Numbered from the stretch's first letter, positions 51,318 through 62,073 are shown. The stretch is DNA of 64,000 nt from an uncultured bacterium (GCA_963726455.1 CAVSCK010000004.1:512001-576000); one strand, 5' to 3'. Numbers and translations are program-made. The notes: generated from the letters alone by a model not told the origin.

Positions 51318-53152
51318 TGAGGCGGCTTGTCGGAACGATACTGCTGATCGCGGCGCTTGCAAGTGCCACTGCTTTTGCGGGCAAAGGTGAAGGACTGCTA
51401 CCGCTGTTCTCTCGCGGCGCCGGCGGACGGGCACTCGGAATGGGAGGAGCAAACGTCGCGCTGGCGAATGATGCCTCCGGAATATTCTGGAATCCGGCCA
51501 CTCTGACAATGTTGCCCGACAGGACAGTGTCGTTGATGTACCTGCCGCTGCCCGAAGGCACCAGTTACAGTTTTGCGGCACTGGGAATACCGACCGTCGA
51601 CTATGGCAGTTTCGCTCTGGGAGCGTTTCTGCTCTCAACCGGAAGCATTCAGAGACGCGATGATCAGGGGAGACTGACCGGCGAATTCAGTTCGAGTCAA
51701 CAGATGTTCATGCTTGGTTATGGAAAGACTCTGGGACGCCATCTCGCGATCGGCGGCACGATCAAGTTGTTCGGTGAAAGTTTCGATAACGCGTCGTCGT
51801 TCGGCGCCGGTGGTGACCTTGGTATCAAGTTCATTGTGTCTGACCACCTGGCGCTCGGGTTCAACGCACAAAATCTCATCGCTCCGAGCATCAGGTTGGA
51901 GCGCGACAAAGAGACTCTGCCGCGCAACTTCAAGGGTGGACTTGGTGTGGCGATTCCGTTCTCCGACGGGCGGAATCAGTTGGCAATCGAAGTCGATGTC
52001 GACAAGGCCGACAAGGTTGATCCGGCGATTCATGCCGGCGCGGAGTTGGGATTTAGGCACACCTATTTCTTGCGCGGTGGGTACGATGTCGATCAAATAA
52101 ATTTCGGCGCCGGGGTGCATCTCGGTTTCGCGACGTTTGGTTACACGTTCCGCACGCAAAGTTTCTTCTCGCCGCAGCATCAGATCACGCTCGACCTGGC
52201 ATTCGGCGGTTCGATCGCAAAGACGCTCGCCAAGCGTCAGGAGGAAAAGCGCAAGGCGGAAGAGGAATTTGCTAAACGGCAACGCGAACAGGAACTGACG
52301 GTATCAGTAACGCAGGCGCGCAAATTCTATGACAGCGGCACGCTGGATTCGGCGCGGACGTACTATCAGAAAGTTGCAGCGCTTACCGACGGCGGCAATG
52401 CCGAGGCGACCGAACGACTGGCGGAAATCAGCCGCAAGGATTCGGAGCAATTGACGGCAACCGTGCGCGCGGGCGTGGTGGCAGAAGCGGATTCGCTCAA
52501 GGCGACAGAGTTGTTCGGGGATTTGTCGGATGCGATCAAAGTCAAGGATGTCGAGTCAGCTTCATTGTTATTGGATCGGTTGCGGCCGGCTTTCGGAAGT
52601 GACAAGCGCTTTATACAGGAAGAAGCCAGCTACCGCACACTGGTAAACGACCGCGTGGGCCAGCTTGATTTGGAGGCAGCGCGGCTGACCAGAGACAGTC
52701 GGTTGGCAGATGCGGCGTTGCGGTATGACCAGATCTTGCGTTACGATTCTACTAATACCGTGGCGCGACGCAGCTTGAAGGCAATAACTGACAGAGTCGG
52801 CGCGCTCGGACTGCTGCGCTCGGGAGTGAATGCTTATTACGCCGGTGATACCGCGACTGCCCGGCAGAATCTCGAGCAGTTGTTGGCCGCCAGCCCCAAT
52901 GACTCGGCGGCGATCGGGCTGCTGCAACTCCTGAAGGCGCCATCGCCAAGTTCATCGCTGGCTGAGATTCAGAAGAATGAGGCCGTTTGGAAGGTGTATT
53001 TGGATGGTATTGAGAAGTTCCGGCTGGGGGACTACCAGGGAGCAATCCAGTCGTGGCAGCAAGTTTTGACGGCGTATCCACGCAACAGCGAGACGGAAAA
53101 GAACATCGAGCAAGCTAAATTAAGACTTCAACAAGGCGGCAAGACTAATTGA
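51314..53152 (+). CDS. PorV/PorQ-family beta-barrel fused to coiled-coil/TPR domains
   Basis: GAGGRALGMGGA-xALA-DAS-IFWNPA signature, LRGGY, C-terminal TPRs. Confidence 0.88.
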   Translation: MMRRLVGTILLIAALASATAFAGKGEGLLPLFSRGAGGRALGMGGANVALANDASGIFWNPATLTMLPDRTVSLMYLPLPEGTSYSFAALGIPTVDYGSFALGAFLLSTGSIQRRDDQGRLTGEFSSSQQMFMLGYGKTLGRHLAIGGTIKLFGESFDNASSFGAGGDLGIKFIVSDHLALGFNAQNLIAPSIRLERDKETLPRNFKGGLGVAIPFSDGRNQLAIEVDVDKADKVDPAIHAGAELGFRHTYFLRGGYDVDQINFGAGVHLGFATFGYTFRTQSFFSPQHQITLDLAFGGSIAKTLAKRQEEKRKAEEEFAKRQREQELTVSVTQARKFYDSGTLDSARTYYQKVAALTDGGNAEATERLAEISRKDSEQLTATVRAGVVAEADSLKATELFGDLSDAIKVKDVESASLLLDRLRPAFGSDKRFIQEEASYRTLVNDRVGQLDLEAARLTRDSRLADAALRYDQILRYDSTNTVARRSLKAITDRVGALGLLRSGVNAYYAGDTATARQNLEQLLAASPNDSAAIGLLQLLKAPSPSSSLAEIQKNEAVWKVYLDGIEKFRLGDYQGAIQSWQQVLTAYPRNSETEKNIEQAKLRLQQGGKTN

Positions 53153-53230
53153 GAGACAACATCTTGCGTATGCCTGGTGACGTCGCGTTGTGGACTGTGT
53201 CCCGCGTGAGTCTGAGGCCCGCAGCATAAA

Positions 53231-56065
53231 ATGAGATTATTCAATCGCCCAATCAGAGAGATATTTGCGGAGTTCCCGGCGGCCGAATCGAGGTTGCCGG
53301 AGATTCGGAATTTCATCGAGTCGGTGCTGTCGGACACGCCGTTCCGGCGCAAGGATGTCACTGCCGTCATGCTGGCGATTGAGGAGGCCTGTACCAACGT
53401 AATCCGGCATGCCTATCTCTATGGGGAAGGTACTCTCAAGCTCAGGATTTCGCTGTATAACGACCGCCTGGCCTTGTCGATCTTCGATACGGGCCGAAGC
53501 TTTGACTTCGAGAAATCGTCGGATCCAGACTTAAACCATTACATCAAGACGGGCCGCAAAGGTGGTCTGGGCGTGTACCTTATACGCAAGATCACTGACG
53601 AAGTAAACTACCACTCCTCCGGTGGCGTGAACGAGCTGCGGATGGTCAAACGCTATCCGAAGACGCGTCTTCCGGAAGCAGTCACACCGGAGGGGATGTC
53701 GATACGGTTCAAGTTCTCGCTGTGGACGTCGCTGGTGATGACGCTGGTTATCGTGGCGGTATATTTCTTCTGGGAGAGCAAGGCGGTTAACTCGCGGGAA
53801 AAACAATTCTATCAAAACATCACGGAATACAGCAATACGATCGCGACGCAGGCGTCGGGTTACTTCATTAATAGCAGTTCCGACGTCGAGTTTGACGAGT
53901 TCGTGAGGAACTTCGCCAAGCAGAACCCCGACCTCCGATACATCTACCTTGTCGATGACAGCAACGATGTCGTGGCATCAACCGGCTCGCCGCTCGAGTT
54001 GCACAATCCCTACCGCGCGCCGGGACCCGTCGACGACAAGTTGATCGACCAGCCGCAACGGATCGTTGGTGAAAGCAGAAAACAAGACATTTACTACATA
54101 GTTCAGAACATCAAGTATCAGAATCGGCCGTTCGGCTCGCTGCATGCCGGATTCAGCGGTGAACGATTGCAGAGCGACATCACCTCCACGCGCCGCAGCA
54201 TTTTCCTGGTGACCGGGCTGGCGTTCCTGTTCGCGATCGCGGCTGTGTACCTGCTGTCGAACTACTTCGTCAAGCCGATTCAGAAACTCGTCGACGCGGT
54301 TAAGCGCTTTGGTCGTGGCGACCTGGAGGGCAAGATCACGCTCACGGGCGCCGGCGAGTTCGACGCCATTGCGCAAGCATTCAATGAAATGACGGTGAAG
54401 TTCAAAGAGGCGCAGGCGAATATCGTCGAGCAGGAGCGCATGCGCAAAGAAATGCAAGTCGCCCAGGACATTCAGCACACGCTGTTGCCGAAGCATTTCC
54501 CGGATATCGAAGGATTTGATATTGCCACGATTTATCGCGCGGCCAAGGATGTCGGCGGTGACTATTACGACTTTGTCTGGATCGACGAAAACACTCTGGG
54601 AATCGTGGTGGCGGACGTTTCGGGTAAGGGCGTGCCCGGATCGCTGGTAATGACCATGATCAGAACCGCCATCCGGTTGGAGTCGCGCGGCAACCGTTCG
54701 CCAGTAGATATTCTTACCAAGGTGAATGAGTTCGTGACCGAGGACGTTCGCAAGGGAATGTTCATCACGATCTTCCTGGTGGTGCTGGACACCCGCAATC
54801 GCAAAATTTCGTTCTCATCGGCGGGTCACAATCCAATGGTGCTTTATCGCAAGGACGAGGACAAGACGTTCTTCCTCAATCCGAAAGGCATACCGCTGGG
54901 AATCACCTTGCCGGAGGGAGTCAGTTTCGAGGAGAATCTGAGCAGCGAGAACGTGCGGCTGAAGAAGGGCGACATGCTGGTGATTTACACCGACGGTATC
55001 ACCGAGGCGATGAATCAGCAAAAGCAGCAGTTTGGCATCAACCGCTATCTCGAATTTATCCGCGATAACAGCGACCTTTCGCCGGAGGAATTTGTCGAGA
55101 AATTCAACGACGAGTTGCAGGGGTTCACGGCGGGGGCGGAACAGAACGATGATATCACGATGGTGGTGATCAAGGAGAAGATCGAAGCCGATCAGTACAT
55201 CTTCGCGCGCCGCAAGAAGCTGCTCGATCTCGTGGATATCGAGCAAAGGTCGGTAGCGGAGGCCTGCCGGTTGATGAATCTGTCGACGTCAACGTACTAT
55301 AGATATAAGAAGCGCTACGAACTGTACGGTGATGAAGGCCTGCTGAACAAGACATTGCGGATTGACGATTCGCCGGCGCAGTTGACTTACAAGCAGCGCA
55401 ACGATATGCTCGAGGTCATCAAGCGGAATCCCGATTACGGCGCCACACGCATCCGCAAGGAGCTGGAAACGCTGGGTCATCAGGGGCCGGAGCTCGATGA
55501 CAAGATAATCTACGGCGAATTAGTGCGTTTGCGCCTGAACACGCGGCGTCAGAGATATGAATTTGCGATGCGTGCGGGAGCGGCGCTTACGCCACAGCAA
55601 CAGGAAGATTTTGTCAACTTATCGAAGTCGGAGCCGATCGCGCCTGTTGCAAATACGGATCGAACTGCGTATCTTGGAAAGATCAAGGATTCGCTCCAGC
55701 GCCAGGAGGATGCCCGGGTCGCGGCATGGCGCGCCAAGTTGCTGGAAATGGGCATGACCGACGAGCGTAGCGACGTCCTGACCGCCATGTTCGAAGAGAT
55801 GGAAGGCCAGGTGTCTGCCGAGCAGCTCAAACTTCTTTTTGAACGAGTTGCCGGCAGAGTGCGTAAAATGGATCATGAGGAAGAAAAGGGGAACGTATTG
55901 TCAACTGCCCGCCTGGAAGAGGTGGACAGTACCAAGTGGCAGGAACGCGCCGACGAAGGAATCAGTCTAGAGGTAATCGAATTTCCCGAGACGAAGTCAG
56001 AGATTAAGTTCGAGGACTACGAGCAGAAGCTGGAGCGGCGTCACCGCAAGAGCCAGGACGAATGA
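53231..56065 (+). CDS. RsbW-like kinase + TM sensor + HAMP + SpoIIE/PP2C phosphatase + HTH fusion
   Basis: EEACTNVIRHAY, D-G-xF, GGLGVYLI; two TMs; HAMP; VGGDYYD, ADVSGKG, SAGH, YTDG-TEA, DDIT; C-terminal HTH. Confidence 0.92.
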   Translation: MRLFNRPIREIFAEFPAAESRLPEIRNFIESVLSDTPFRRKDVTAVMLAIEEACTNVIRHAYLYGEGTLKLRISLYNDRLALSIFDTGRSFDFEKSSDPDLNHYIKTGRKGGLGVYLIRKITDEVNYHSSGGVNELRMVKRYPKTRLPEAVTPEGMSIRFKFSLWTSLVMTLVIVAVYFFWESKAVNSREKQFYQNITEYSNTIATQASGYFINSSSDVEFDEFVRNFAKQNPDLRYIYLVDDSNDVVASTGSPLELHNPYRAPGPVDDKLIDQPQRIVGESRKQDIYYIVQNIKYQNRPFGSLHAGFSGERLQSDITSTRRSIFLVTGLAFLFAIAAVYLLSNYFVKPIQKLVDAVKRFGRGDLEGKITLTGAGEFDAIAQAFNEMTVKFKEAQANIVEQERMRKEMQVAQDIQHTLLPKHFPDIEGFDIATIYRAAKDVGGDYYDFVWIDENTLGIVVADVSGKGVPGSLVMTMIRTAIRLESRGNRSPVDILTKVNEFVTEDVRKGMFITIFLVVLDTRNRKISFSSAGHNPMVLYRKDEDKTFFLNPKGIPLGITLPEGVSFEENLSSENVRLKKGDMLVIYTDGITEAMNQQKQQFGINRYLEFIRDNSDLSPEEFVEKFNDELQGFTAGAEQNDDITMVVIKEKIEADQYIFARRKKLLDLVDIEQRSVAEACRLMNLSTSTYYRYKKRYELYGDEGLLNKTLRIDDSPAQLTYKQRNDMLEVIKRNPDYGATRIRKELETLGHQGPELDDKIIYGELVRLRLNTRRQRYEFAMRAGAALTPQQQEDFVNLSKSEPIAPVANTDRTAYLGKIKDSLQRQEDARVAAWRAKLLEMGMTDERSDVLTAMFEEMEGQVSAEQLKLLFERVAGRVRKMDHEEEKGNVLSTARLEEVDSTKWQERADEGISLEVIEFPETKSEIKFEDYEQKLERRHRKSQDE

Positions 56066-56850
56066 AGAAAATAGCCATCATGACCTGCAAAGGTGGAACC
56101 GGCAAAACCACCACTGCCATTAATCTGGGACATTGTCTCGCGATGTCGGGTAAGCGGGTGTTGCTGATGGACTGCGACTCGCAGGGCAACGTCGGCATGG
56201 CGTTCGCCAAGCAGCCGGAGAAGGGTTTGTCGGAATTGTTGACGACAGGTGATGTGGATATTGTCAATCTGCGGCCGAATCTGTATCTCATTGACTCCGG
56301 CGGTATTCGCATTGTCGAAACCGAGCTGTTTCTTGCCAGACAGCCGGAGCGTGAACTGCGTTTGAAGCAGGTTTTGACGAAGTTGCATGGCTGCGATTAC
56401 GTGATTTGCGACTGCCCGCCGGCAATAAATTTGATAAATGTCAATGTTCTGAACTATGTCGACAGCGTGGTGATTCCGGTTTCGATGGATTTTTTTGCTT
56501 GTGAAGGAGCGAAAAAGACCTTAAAGTTACTGGACGGGGTGTACGAACGGATCGGCCACAAGGTCGAGCTGATGGGAATACTGGCCACTTTCTACGATGT
56601 GAGAACGCGCGTGTCCAAGACGATTTATAATCAGTTGCTAACTGAATTTGGCGAAAAGTTGTTCACGACGCGTATCAGAATCAATACGCAGCTCAAGGAA
56701 GCACAGATGTTGTACAAGACGATCTTTGAGCATGCTCCATACTCGAACGGTGCCCTCGACTATTTCCTGTTTGCCAAGGAGATCGCCGGTTCAAAAGTCG
56801 CGGTAGAATCGGAAATCGAAGCTCCGCAAGGAGAAGCATGGACGACATAA
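56062..56850 (+). CDS. ParA/Soj family ATPase
   Basis: Deviant Walker A KGGTGKTT, D-DSQGN, DCPP; no parB nearby. Confidence 0.93.
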   Translation: MKKIAIMTCKGGTGKTTTAINLGHCLAMSGKRVLLMDCDSQGNVGMAFAKQPEKGLSELLTTGDVDIVNLRPNLYLIDSGGIRIVETELFLARQPERELRLKQVLTKLHGCDYVICDCPPAINLINVNVLNYVDSVVIPVSMDFFACEGAKKTLKLLDGVYERIGHKVELMGILATFYDVRTRVSKTIYNQLLTEFGEKLFTTRIRINTQLKEAQMLYKTIFEHAPYSNGALDYFLFAKEIAGSKVAVESEIEAPQGEAWTT

Positions 56851-57548
56851 GAATCTCGCTCGATACTACCGGCCGCACTTCCGATGTGACGATGGTGCGG
56901 GTTGACGGCGTCATTGATACCATGACCGCCAGTGAACTTGAGCGGGTGATGAACACACTCCTGGAGCAACGAAAGTATAAGATCATAGTGGATCTCGCCG
57001 GCGTGGACTATATTTCGTCTGCGGGTTGGGGCATTTTTATCAGCAATATCCGTGAAATCAAATCGCATGAGGGGGATATCAAACTCGCGCGAATGACGCC
57101 CAGTGTCTACGAGATATTTGAATTGCTGGAATTTGACTCGATCCTGAAGGCCTATGATAATATCGAAAAGGCCAGAACAGATTTCCGGCCCCCGGGATCA
57201 GCGCCGGAGCCAATAGCACCCAAGGCAGCGGTCGCAGTGGCTGAGGAACCGGTAGAAGTCGAGTCCCAGCAGGAAGTGACTACTGAGGAATATCATATCC
57301 AGCCGAGCACAGCGCCAACTGCCGAACCGCGTGCTTCGCTGGAAAGCGCCAAACCAACCAACTTCGAGGATGAATTGCTGGCATTAGTGCGGACTGATCC
57401 ATTCTATTCGATAGGGGAGATGGCAAAGCTGATGTGCAATTCCGCCAACGGTGCACAGCACGTCGGTTGGTGGAAGGTTTGGGGCACGCTCCGCCGGCAC
57501 TCCCTGTTATCGAAGAAGAGCCGCTTTCGCTACAGTCGTCGCGGGTGA
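56838..57548 (+). CDS. STAS anti-sigma factor antagonist with C-terminal extension
   Basis: VDGVID, DLAGVDYISSAGWG phospho-Ser motif; acidic Pro/Ala-rich linker; basic helical tail. Confidence 0.92.
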   Translation: MDDIRISLDTTGRTSDVTMVRVDGVIDTMTASELERVMNTLLEQRKYKIIVDLAGVDYISSAGWGIFISNIREIKSHEGDIKLARMTPSVYEIFELLEFDSILKAYDNIEKARTDFRPPGSAPEPIAPKAAVAVAEEPVEVESQQEVTTEEYHIQPSTAPTAEPRASLESAKPTNFEDELLALVRTDPFYSIGEMAKLMCNSANGAQHVGWWKVWGTLRRHSLLSKKSRFRYSRRG

Positions 57549-57765
57549 GCAGGCCTCACTCTTTCACAATTCACAAAATATCATCGGGACATCGCAGGGA
57601 ACAAACAGGAATGTTTATCCTACCGACGCGTTGCAGTAGGTCAGTGAGCACTTTGTCTTGATGGCAAGGCGCGGGGTTTCGTGGACGTTCGTCCTCTGAG
57701 CAGGCGTGACACAGGAATCGAAAACGGGCTCCTGACCTACTTTCTAGTGTTCCGCGAGTCTGGGC

Positions 57766-59613
57766 ATGGCGACCGGCATGGTCGCCTTTCTGCTTGCGGA
57801 AAGCGTTGTGGCGGTCTATAATTATGTGAAAGACTGTATGTCATTGCCGCTCATCGTCTATGTAGCACTGCTGGCGCTGCTCCTGTTGGCCTGCGCGATC
57901 TTCCCCGGATTCGCCAGAATGGGAATCATTGTCTCATTCGTGGTCGCGGCTGTCGGCGGCGCGATCGTTCTTTACCTGCAAAACCGAAAATCAGAGGGAA
58001 GACTGCGGCAAGTCGTGAAGTTGTATCTGCAACGGCTCGAACAGGCGCATGGCGATTTTGTCTCCCGGCGTCAGTTGGAGCGGCAGATTGCCGATCTGGC
58101 GTCCTTCGTTCATTCGGATATGCAGGTGTCTACCGTGGCGTTGTGCAGCCGGAAGAAACTGGGATTTGCAGTGGTGGAGTCGCACGGAATCCAGCCGGAG
58201 AATTTGCGGCAACTGCGAATCGGGCATCGAGACGAATTAGTTAAGGCGTTGGAAGCGCGTCGGGCGGTCGTATCCATTCGGAAGGTTTATGCCTCCGGAA
58301 ATGCGGGAAAGCAATTCGACGGCCTGCCGTTTGTGGAAGCACTGCCGGTCATCACCGGCGGCAAATGCTCGCACTTCATTCTGCTGTCACACTCGCCGGT
58401 GTTCCCGATGCGGCTGATTCGTCCATTTCTGCTGTCGCTGTCCGATCAGATCGCCAATTCACGGGTGGTTGAGGAGTTGTTAAACAAACACAATCAACAG
58501 GTTGGCAAGCTGCGTAAAGAGATGGATTCGTTGATTCGGGAACGGGAGCAAAGGTCGGCGCCACCGATTATGGATGTCAAGAGCATGATCAACGCCCAGG
58601 ATCGACTGTTGCGAATCAGGAGCCGCGAGCAACTGTTCGGCTCGCTTCTGCATCTGGTCGAAGAGCAGTTCAAAGTGGATTTTGCATTTATTTTGATGCG
58701 TCAAGCGAACCAGCCCGGATATGAAATGAAATACAGTCTAAACGTTGGCACCGATCCCGCCGCTAATTTGGCGGTTGCTGATGTTGAGGCATTTATCACT
58801 GAGGCCAGGAGCCGTCCCGGCTGCAAGAAGCTGTCGCAACTTGCCGAGGTTACAAAGGACAATCCTGTTATTGAGGCGCTGCAGAACGCAGGTGTGGTGG
58901 CGCTGGGGATTCTCACGGACGCCGAAGGACGGGAAAGTATGATGGCGGTCGGGCGCGCCAAGAGCCCGTTTAGTGATGAGGAACTGGAAGCGGCCTACGC
59001 CTTCTGCCGGATGTTCAACCTGGTGCTGGAAAATCAGGCGCATTTCGAGCAAATCGAGCAAATGTCGTATACCGACAGCATGACCGGGTTGTACAATTAC
59101 CGGTATTTTTACAAGCGTTTGCAGGAGGAGATTCTGCGCGCCAAACGATTCAGCCGGCATCTGGCGCTGGTGATCTTTGATATTGACGAGTTTAAGGTTT
59201 TTAACGATACTTACGGTCACCAAGCGGGAGACTATCTGCTTGAACAACTGGGCGGTCTATTGGCAAAATCAGTTCGTTCTATCGATGTTGTCTCCCGGTA
59301 CGGCGGAGAGGAATTTTGCGTGATTATGCCCGAAACGTCAGCGGATGACTGCACCTACTTTATGGAACGAATGCGGGCAACGGTGCTGAACCATGAGTTC
59401 AAGGACCGGTTTACGAATGACCAGCACCGGGTAACGGTATCTCTGGGGGGAGCGATTTATCCTAATGACGCACAAAGGATTGACCGATTAATATACTGTG
59501 CGGACATGGCGCTTCTGCAGGCCAAGGCAGGCGGCAGAAACCGGTCCGTGATGTTTGACGAGAAACTTCTTAATTCGAGAAGCGATCTGTATGACAAAAA
59601 AAGTATTGATTAA
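57766..59613 (+). CDS. Membrane-anchored diguanylate cyclase with GAF-like domains
   Basis: DSMTGLYN, DIDEFK-FND-YGH, I-site RSID, GGEEF; start uncertain (57766-57838). Confidence 0.92.
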   Translation: MATGMVAFLLAESVVAVYNYVKDCMSLPLIVYVALLALLLLACAIFPGFARMGIIVSFVVAAVGGAIVLYLQNRKSEGRLRQVVKLYLQRLEQAHGDFVSRRQLERQIADLASFVHSDMQVSTVALCSRKKLGFAVVESHGIQPENLRQLRIGHRDELVKALEARRAVVSIRKVYASGNAGKQFDGLPFVEALPVITGGKCSHFILLSHSPVFPMRLIRPFLLSLSDQIANSRVVEELLNKHNQQVGKLRKEMDSLIREREQRSAPPIMDVKSMINAQDRLLRIRSREQLFGSLLHLVEEQFKVDFAFILMRQANQPGYEMKYSLNVGTDPAANLAVADVEAFITEARSRPGCKKLSQLAEVTKDNPVIEALQNAGVVALGILTDAEGRESMMAVGRAKSPFSDEELEAAYAFCRMFNLVLENQAHFEQIEQMSYTDSMTGLYNYRYFYKRLQEEILRAKRFSRHLALVIFDIDEFKVFNDTYGHQAGDYLLEQLGGLLAKSVRSIDVVSRYGGEEFCVIMPETSADDCTYFMERMRATVLNHEFKDRFTNDQHRVTVSLGGAIYPNDAQRIDRLIYCADMALLQAKAGGRNRSVMFDEKLLNSRSDLYDKKSID

Positions 59614-60562
59614 TCTTGGCGTGGCGCTTGCCCTCCTGTTGTCGCTGGCGCCGGCGGCGTATGCTGAATACACGATTGGCATCGATGATGTGCTGCAGAT
59701 CGTCTTCTGGCAGGCCGCGGATTTAAATCAGACCGTTACCGTTAACTCGGACGGCAAAATTACGCTGTCGGTTATCGGGGATATTACGGCGGCAGGTTTG
59801 ACACCCACGGCGCTGGGCCGCAAAATTGTCGAACAGGTTTCTCGGTTTAACCGCGATATCAGCCAGGCGACCGTGACGGTTGCGGCTTACAACTCGCAGG
59901 CGGTATACGTCGAAGGTGAAGTGATGGCGCCGGGTAAATACTCGCACGAAGTTATTCCCGATCTCTGGTCAATTATCAAGGAGATGGGTGGAGTGACCGC
60001 GTTCGGGGATTTGCGCAACGTCAAGATCGTTCGCGGCACCGGTCCGGATGTCGGCAAGATTATTGCGGTCGATGTCCAGACGGCGGTCTCCAATCGTAAT
60101 GTCGAGTCGCTTCCGAAAATCATGCCGCATGACGTTATCCAGGTGCCACGCACGATTTCCGGCGTAACGACAACGGGCATGCCGACGCAGGCCGAAACCA
60201 CCACGGGGCGCAACATATACTACGTGGTTGGCGCGGTAGCCAAACCGGGAGTGTACTCGTTGGAATCGGGATTGAGCGTCATCGAGGCGATCGCCATTGC
60301 GGGCGGCACATTGCCGACCGCGAATTTGAAGTCGGTCAAAATAAATTCGAAGATGGGCGAATTTTCCAATGTCTATACGATCAACATGGATAAGCAAATC
60401 AAGACCGGCAGCCCGCAGCGCTATTCACTGCGTCCGGAAGACGCGGTAGTCGTTCCTGAGAAAGGCGGTAATTTCTTTGGCAGTTTTGCGGCTTTCCGGG
60501 ATATTCTGGCGGTTTTCGCGACGGTTGTCTCGACGTACATCTTGATAAGGTACCATCCATGA
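59591..60562 (+). CDS. Polysaccharide export protein (Wza-like, SLBB domains)
   Basis: YTIGIDDVL-I, DGKITL-VIG-I-AAGLT, GEV-xPG and GAV-KPG motifs. Confidence 0.9.
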   Translation: MTKKVLINLGVALALLLSLAPAAYAEYTIGIDDVLQIVFWQAADLNQTVTVNSDGKITLSVIGDITAAGLTPTALGRKIVEQVSRFNRDISQATVTVAAYNSQAVYVEGEVMAPGKYSHEVIPDLWSIIKEMGGVTAFGDLRNVKIVRGTGPDVGKIIAVDVQTAVSNRNVESLPKIMPHDVIQVPRTISGVTTTGMPTQAETTTGRNIYYVVGAVAKPGVYSLESGLSVIEAIAIAGGTLPTANLKSVKINSKMGEFSNVYTINMDKQIKTGSPQRYSLRPEDAVVVPEKGGNFFGSFAAFRDILAVFATVVSTYILIRYHP

Positions 60563-62073
60563 GCCAGAAGCAGATTACACTACACGATATCTGGCAGATC
60601 ATCTGGAAGCGCAAGTTCTGGTTGATACTGCCGCTGATAGTCGTGACCGGCGTGGCGTTCGGGGGGAGCTACCTGCTGCCGACAGTGTATTCATCGTCGA
60701 CCAAGATCGTGATTTCCTCGCAGAAGCTGGTTTCGCGCGAACTGCAAAATATGATTCCGACGGACATGGTTGATCTGCCTGATCCACGAACGGCGCAGCG
60801 TTGGCTGGCCTCGACGCGATCCGAGATTTTGTCCTCGGGATACATCAACACACTGATCACTGATCTGAAACTCGATCCCAAGGAAAGCATAATCAAAGCG
60901 GCAGCCCGCATGCAGGATCAATTTCCGCAGTACGCGTTGCAAGACATCGTGCGGAAACTGCAGATCGACGAGTTGCGCGACAACATCGACGTCGGCATGA
61001 TCGGCGACAACCAGATTGTCATAACGTGTTCATCCGACCAACCCAAGCTGGCAGTCGATATGGCCACCAAACTCGCTCAGATTTACAGCGAGAGGAAGAT
61101 CGCCGATGAGGTTGTAACTGCCCGCGGGAGCCAGGCGTTCACGGATCAGCAACTGGCCGTGGCCAAGAAAGAATTCGAAGATGCGGAAAAGGAACTGGCC
61201 GATTTCAAGAACAGTTATATCTCGTCCAATCTAGAGGCAGGAATCAGCTCGCAGACGAACGTCGCGGCCATTCAGTCAGAGGTGGACGCCACCAATTTGG
61301 AAGCCAATGAGGCAGTTGACCGGAAGAATTTCCTGGCCGGCAAAGTGCAACAGGTTGGTATCGACACGGCGATGGTGTTCCGTTCGGTGATCGGTATTCA
61401 GGATTACGTTGATAACGCGCTCAGTTCTGCCAAGGATATCAGTCGCCTGATGATGAAGTATCTGTGGAAGGACGCCAAAATTCAGATGCAGTTGCTCAAG
61501 GTGGCGAGCGCTTTCGACTCGATGCAGACCAGCTCCAATGCCCAGGCACAGAAGCTGTTCAGTGACCGCTCGCAGGCGTTGCAGGCAGATATCGGCGAAC
61601 TGGCGTATCGGCGCTATGAGATCATATATCTGAACGGCAAGAGCCAGATTCTGAAGTCGGCAGTCCAGCAGATTCGGGGAGTCGTGGCGGGCGCGCCGTA
61701 CTACGATCAAATGGTGGAGACGCTGACAAAGAAGGTCGAAGATCGGCGCTCGATTTTGGACAAATGGCAGACTCAGGCGACCGGCATCAATATCCAGCAG
61801 GCAACGACCTCGGCCGAGGCGGAAACCAAGTACCGGATATTAGAGCCGGCGACAATACCGCTGGAACCGTCGTCTCCGAACCGCGTCAAAATCAGTCTGA
61901 TGGGACTGGGACTGGGAATCTTATTGGGTGTTTGCGCCCTGATTTTGGCGGAAGTAGTTGATCATTCTGTGAAGAATATCGAAGATATCGAGGAATTGCT
62001 CGGCCTGGAAGTGCTGGGGACGATTCCGAAGATAGATGATGACACCAAGACCAAGAAAGTCCGGGCAGCCTAA
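60559..62073 (+). CDS. Polysaccharide co-polymerase (Wzc N-terminal/GumC-like)
   Basis: N- and C-terminal TMs, coiled coil, ILEPA-IP-xP-SPN, LG-EVLG-IP. Confidence 0.9.
   Translation: MSQKQITLHDIWQIIWKRKFWLILPLIVVTGVAFGGSYLLPTVYSSSTKIVISSQKLVSRELQNMIPTDMVDLPDPRTAQRWLASTRSEILSSGYINTLITDLKLDPKESIIKAAARMQDQFPQYALQDIVRKLQIDELRDNIDVGMIGDNQIVITCSSDQPKLAVDMATKLAQIYSERKIADEVVTARGSQAFTDQQLAVAKKEFEDAEKELADFKNSYISSNLEAGISSQTNVAAIQSEVDATNLEANEAVDRKNFLAGKVQQVGIDTAMVFRSVIGIQDYVDNALSSAKDISRLMMKYLWKDAKIQMQLLKVASAFDSMQTSSNAQAQKLFSDRSQALQADIGELAYRRYEIIYLNGKSQILKSAVQQIRGVVAGAPYYDQMVETLTKKVEDRRSILDKWQTQATGINIQQATTSAEAETKYRILEPATIPLEPSSPNRVKISLMGLGLGILLGVCALILAEVVDHSVKNIEDIEELLGLEVLGTIPKIDDDTKTKKVRAA

Noticed and set aside
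55205-55575. Intact IS element inserted in the phosphatase gene
   Set aside because: Only an in-frame HTH-like region is present, with no DDE domain, terminal repeats or target duplication.
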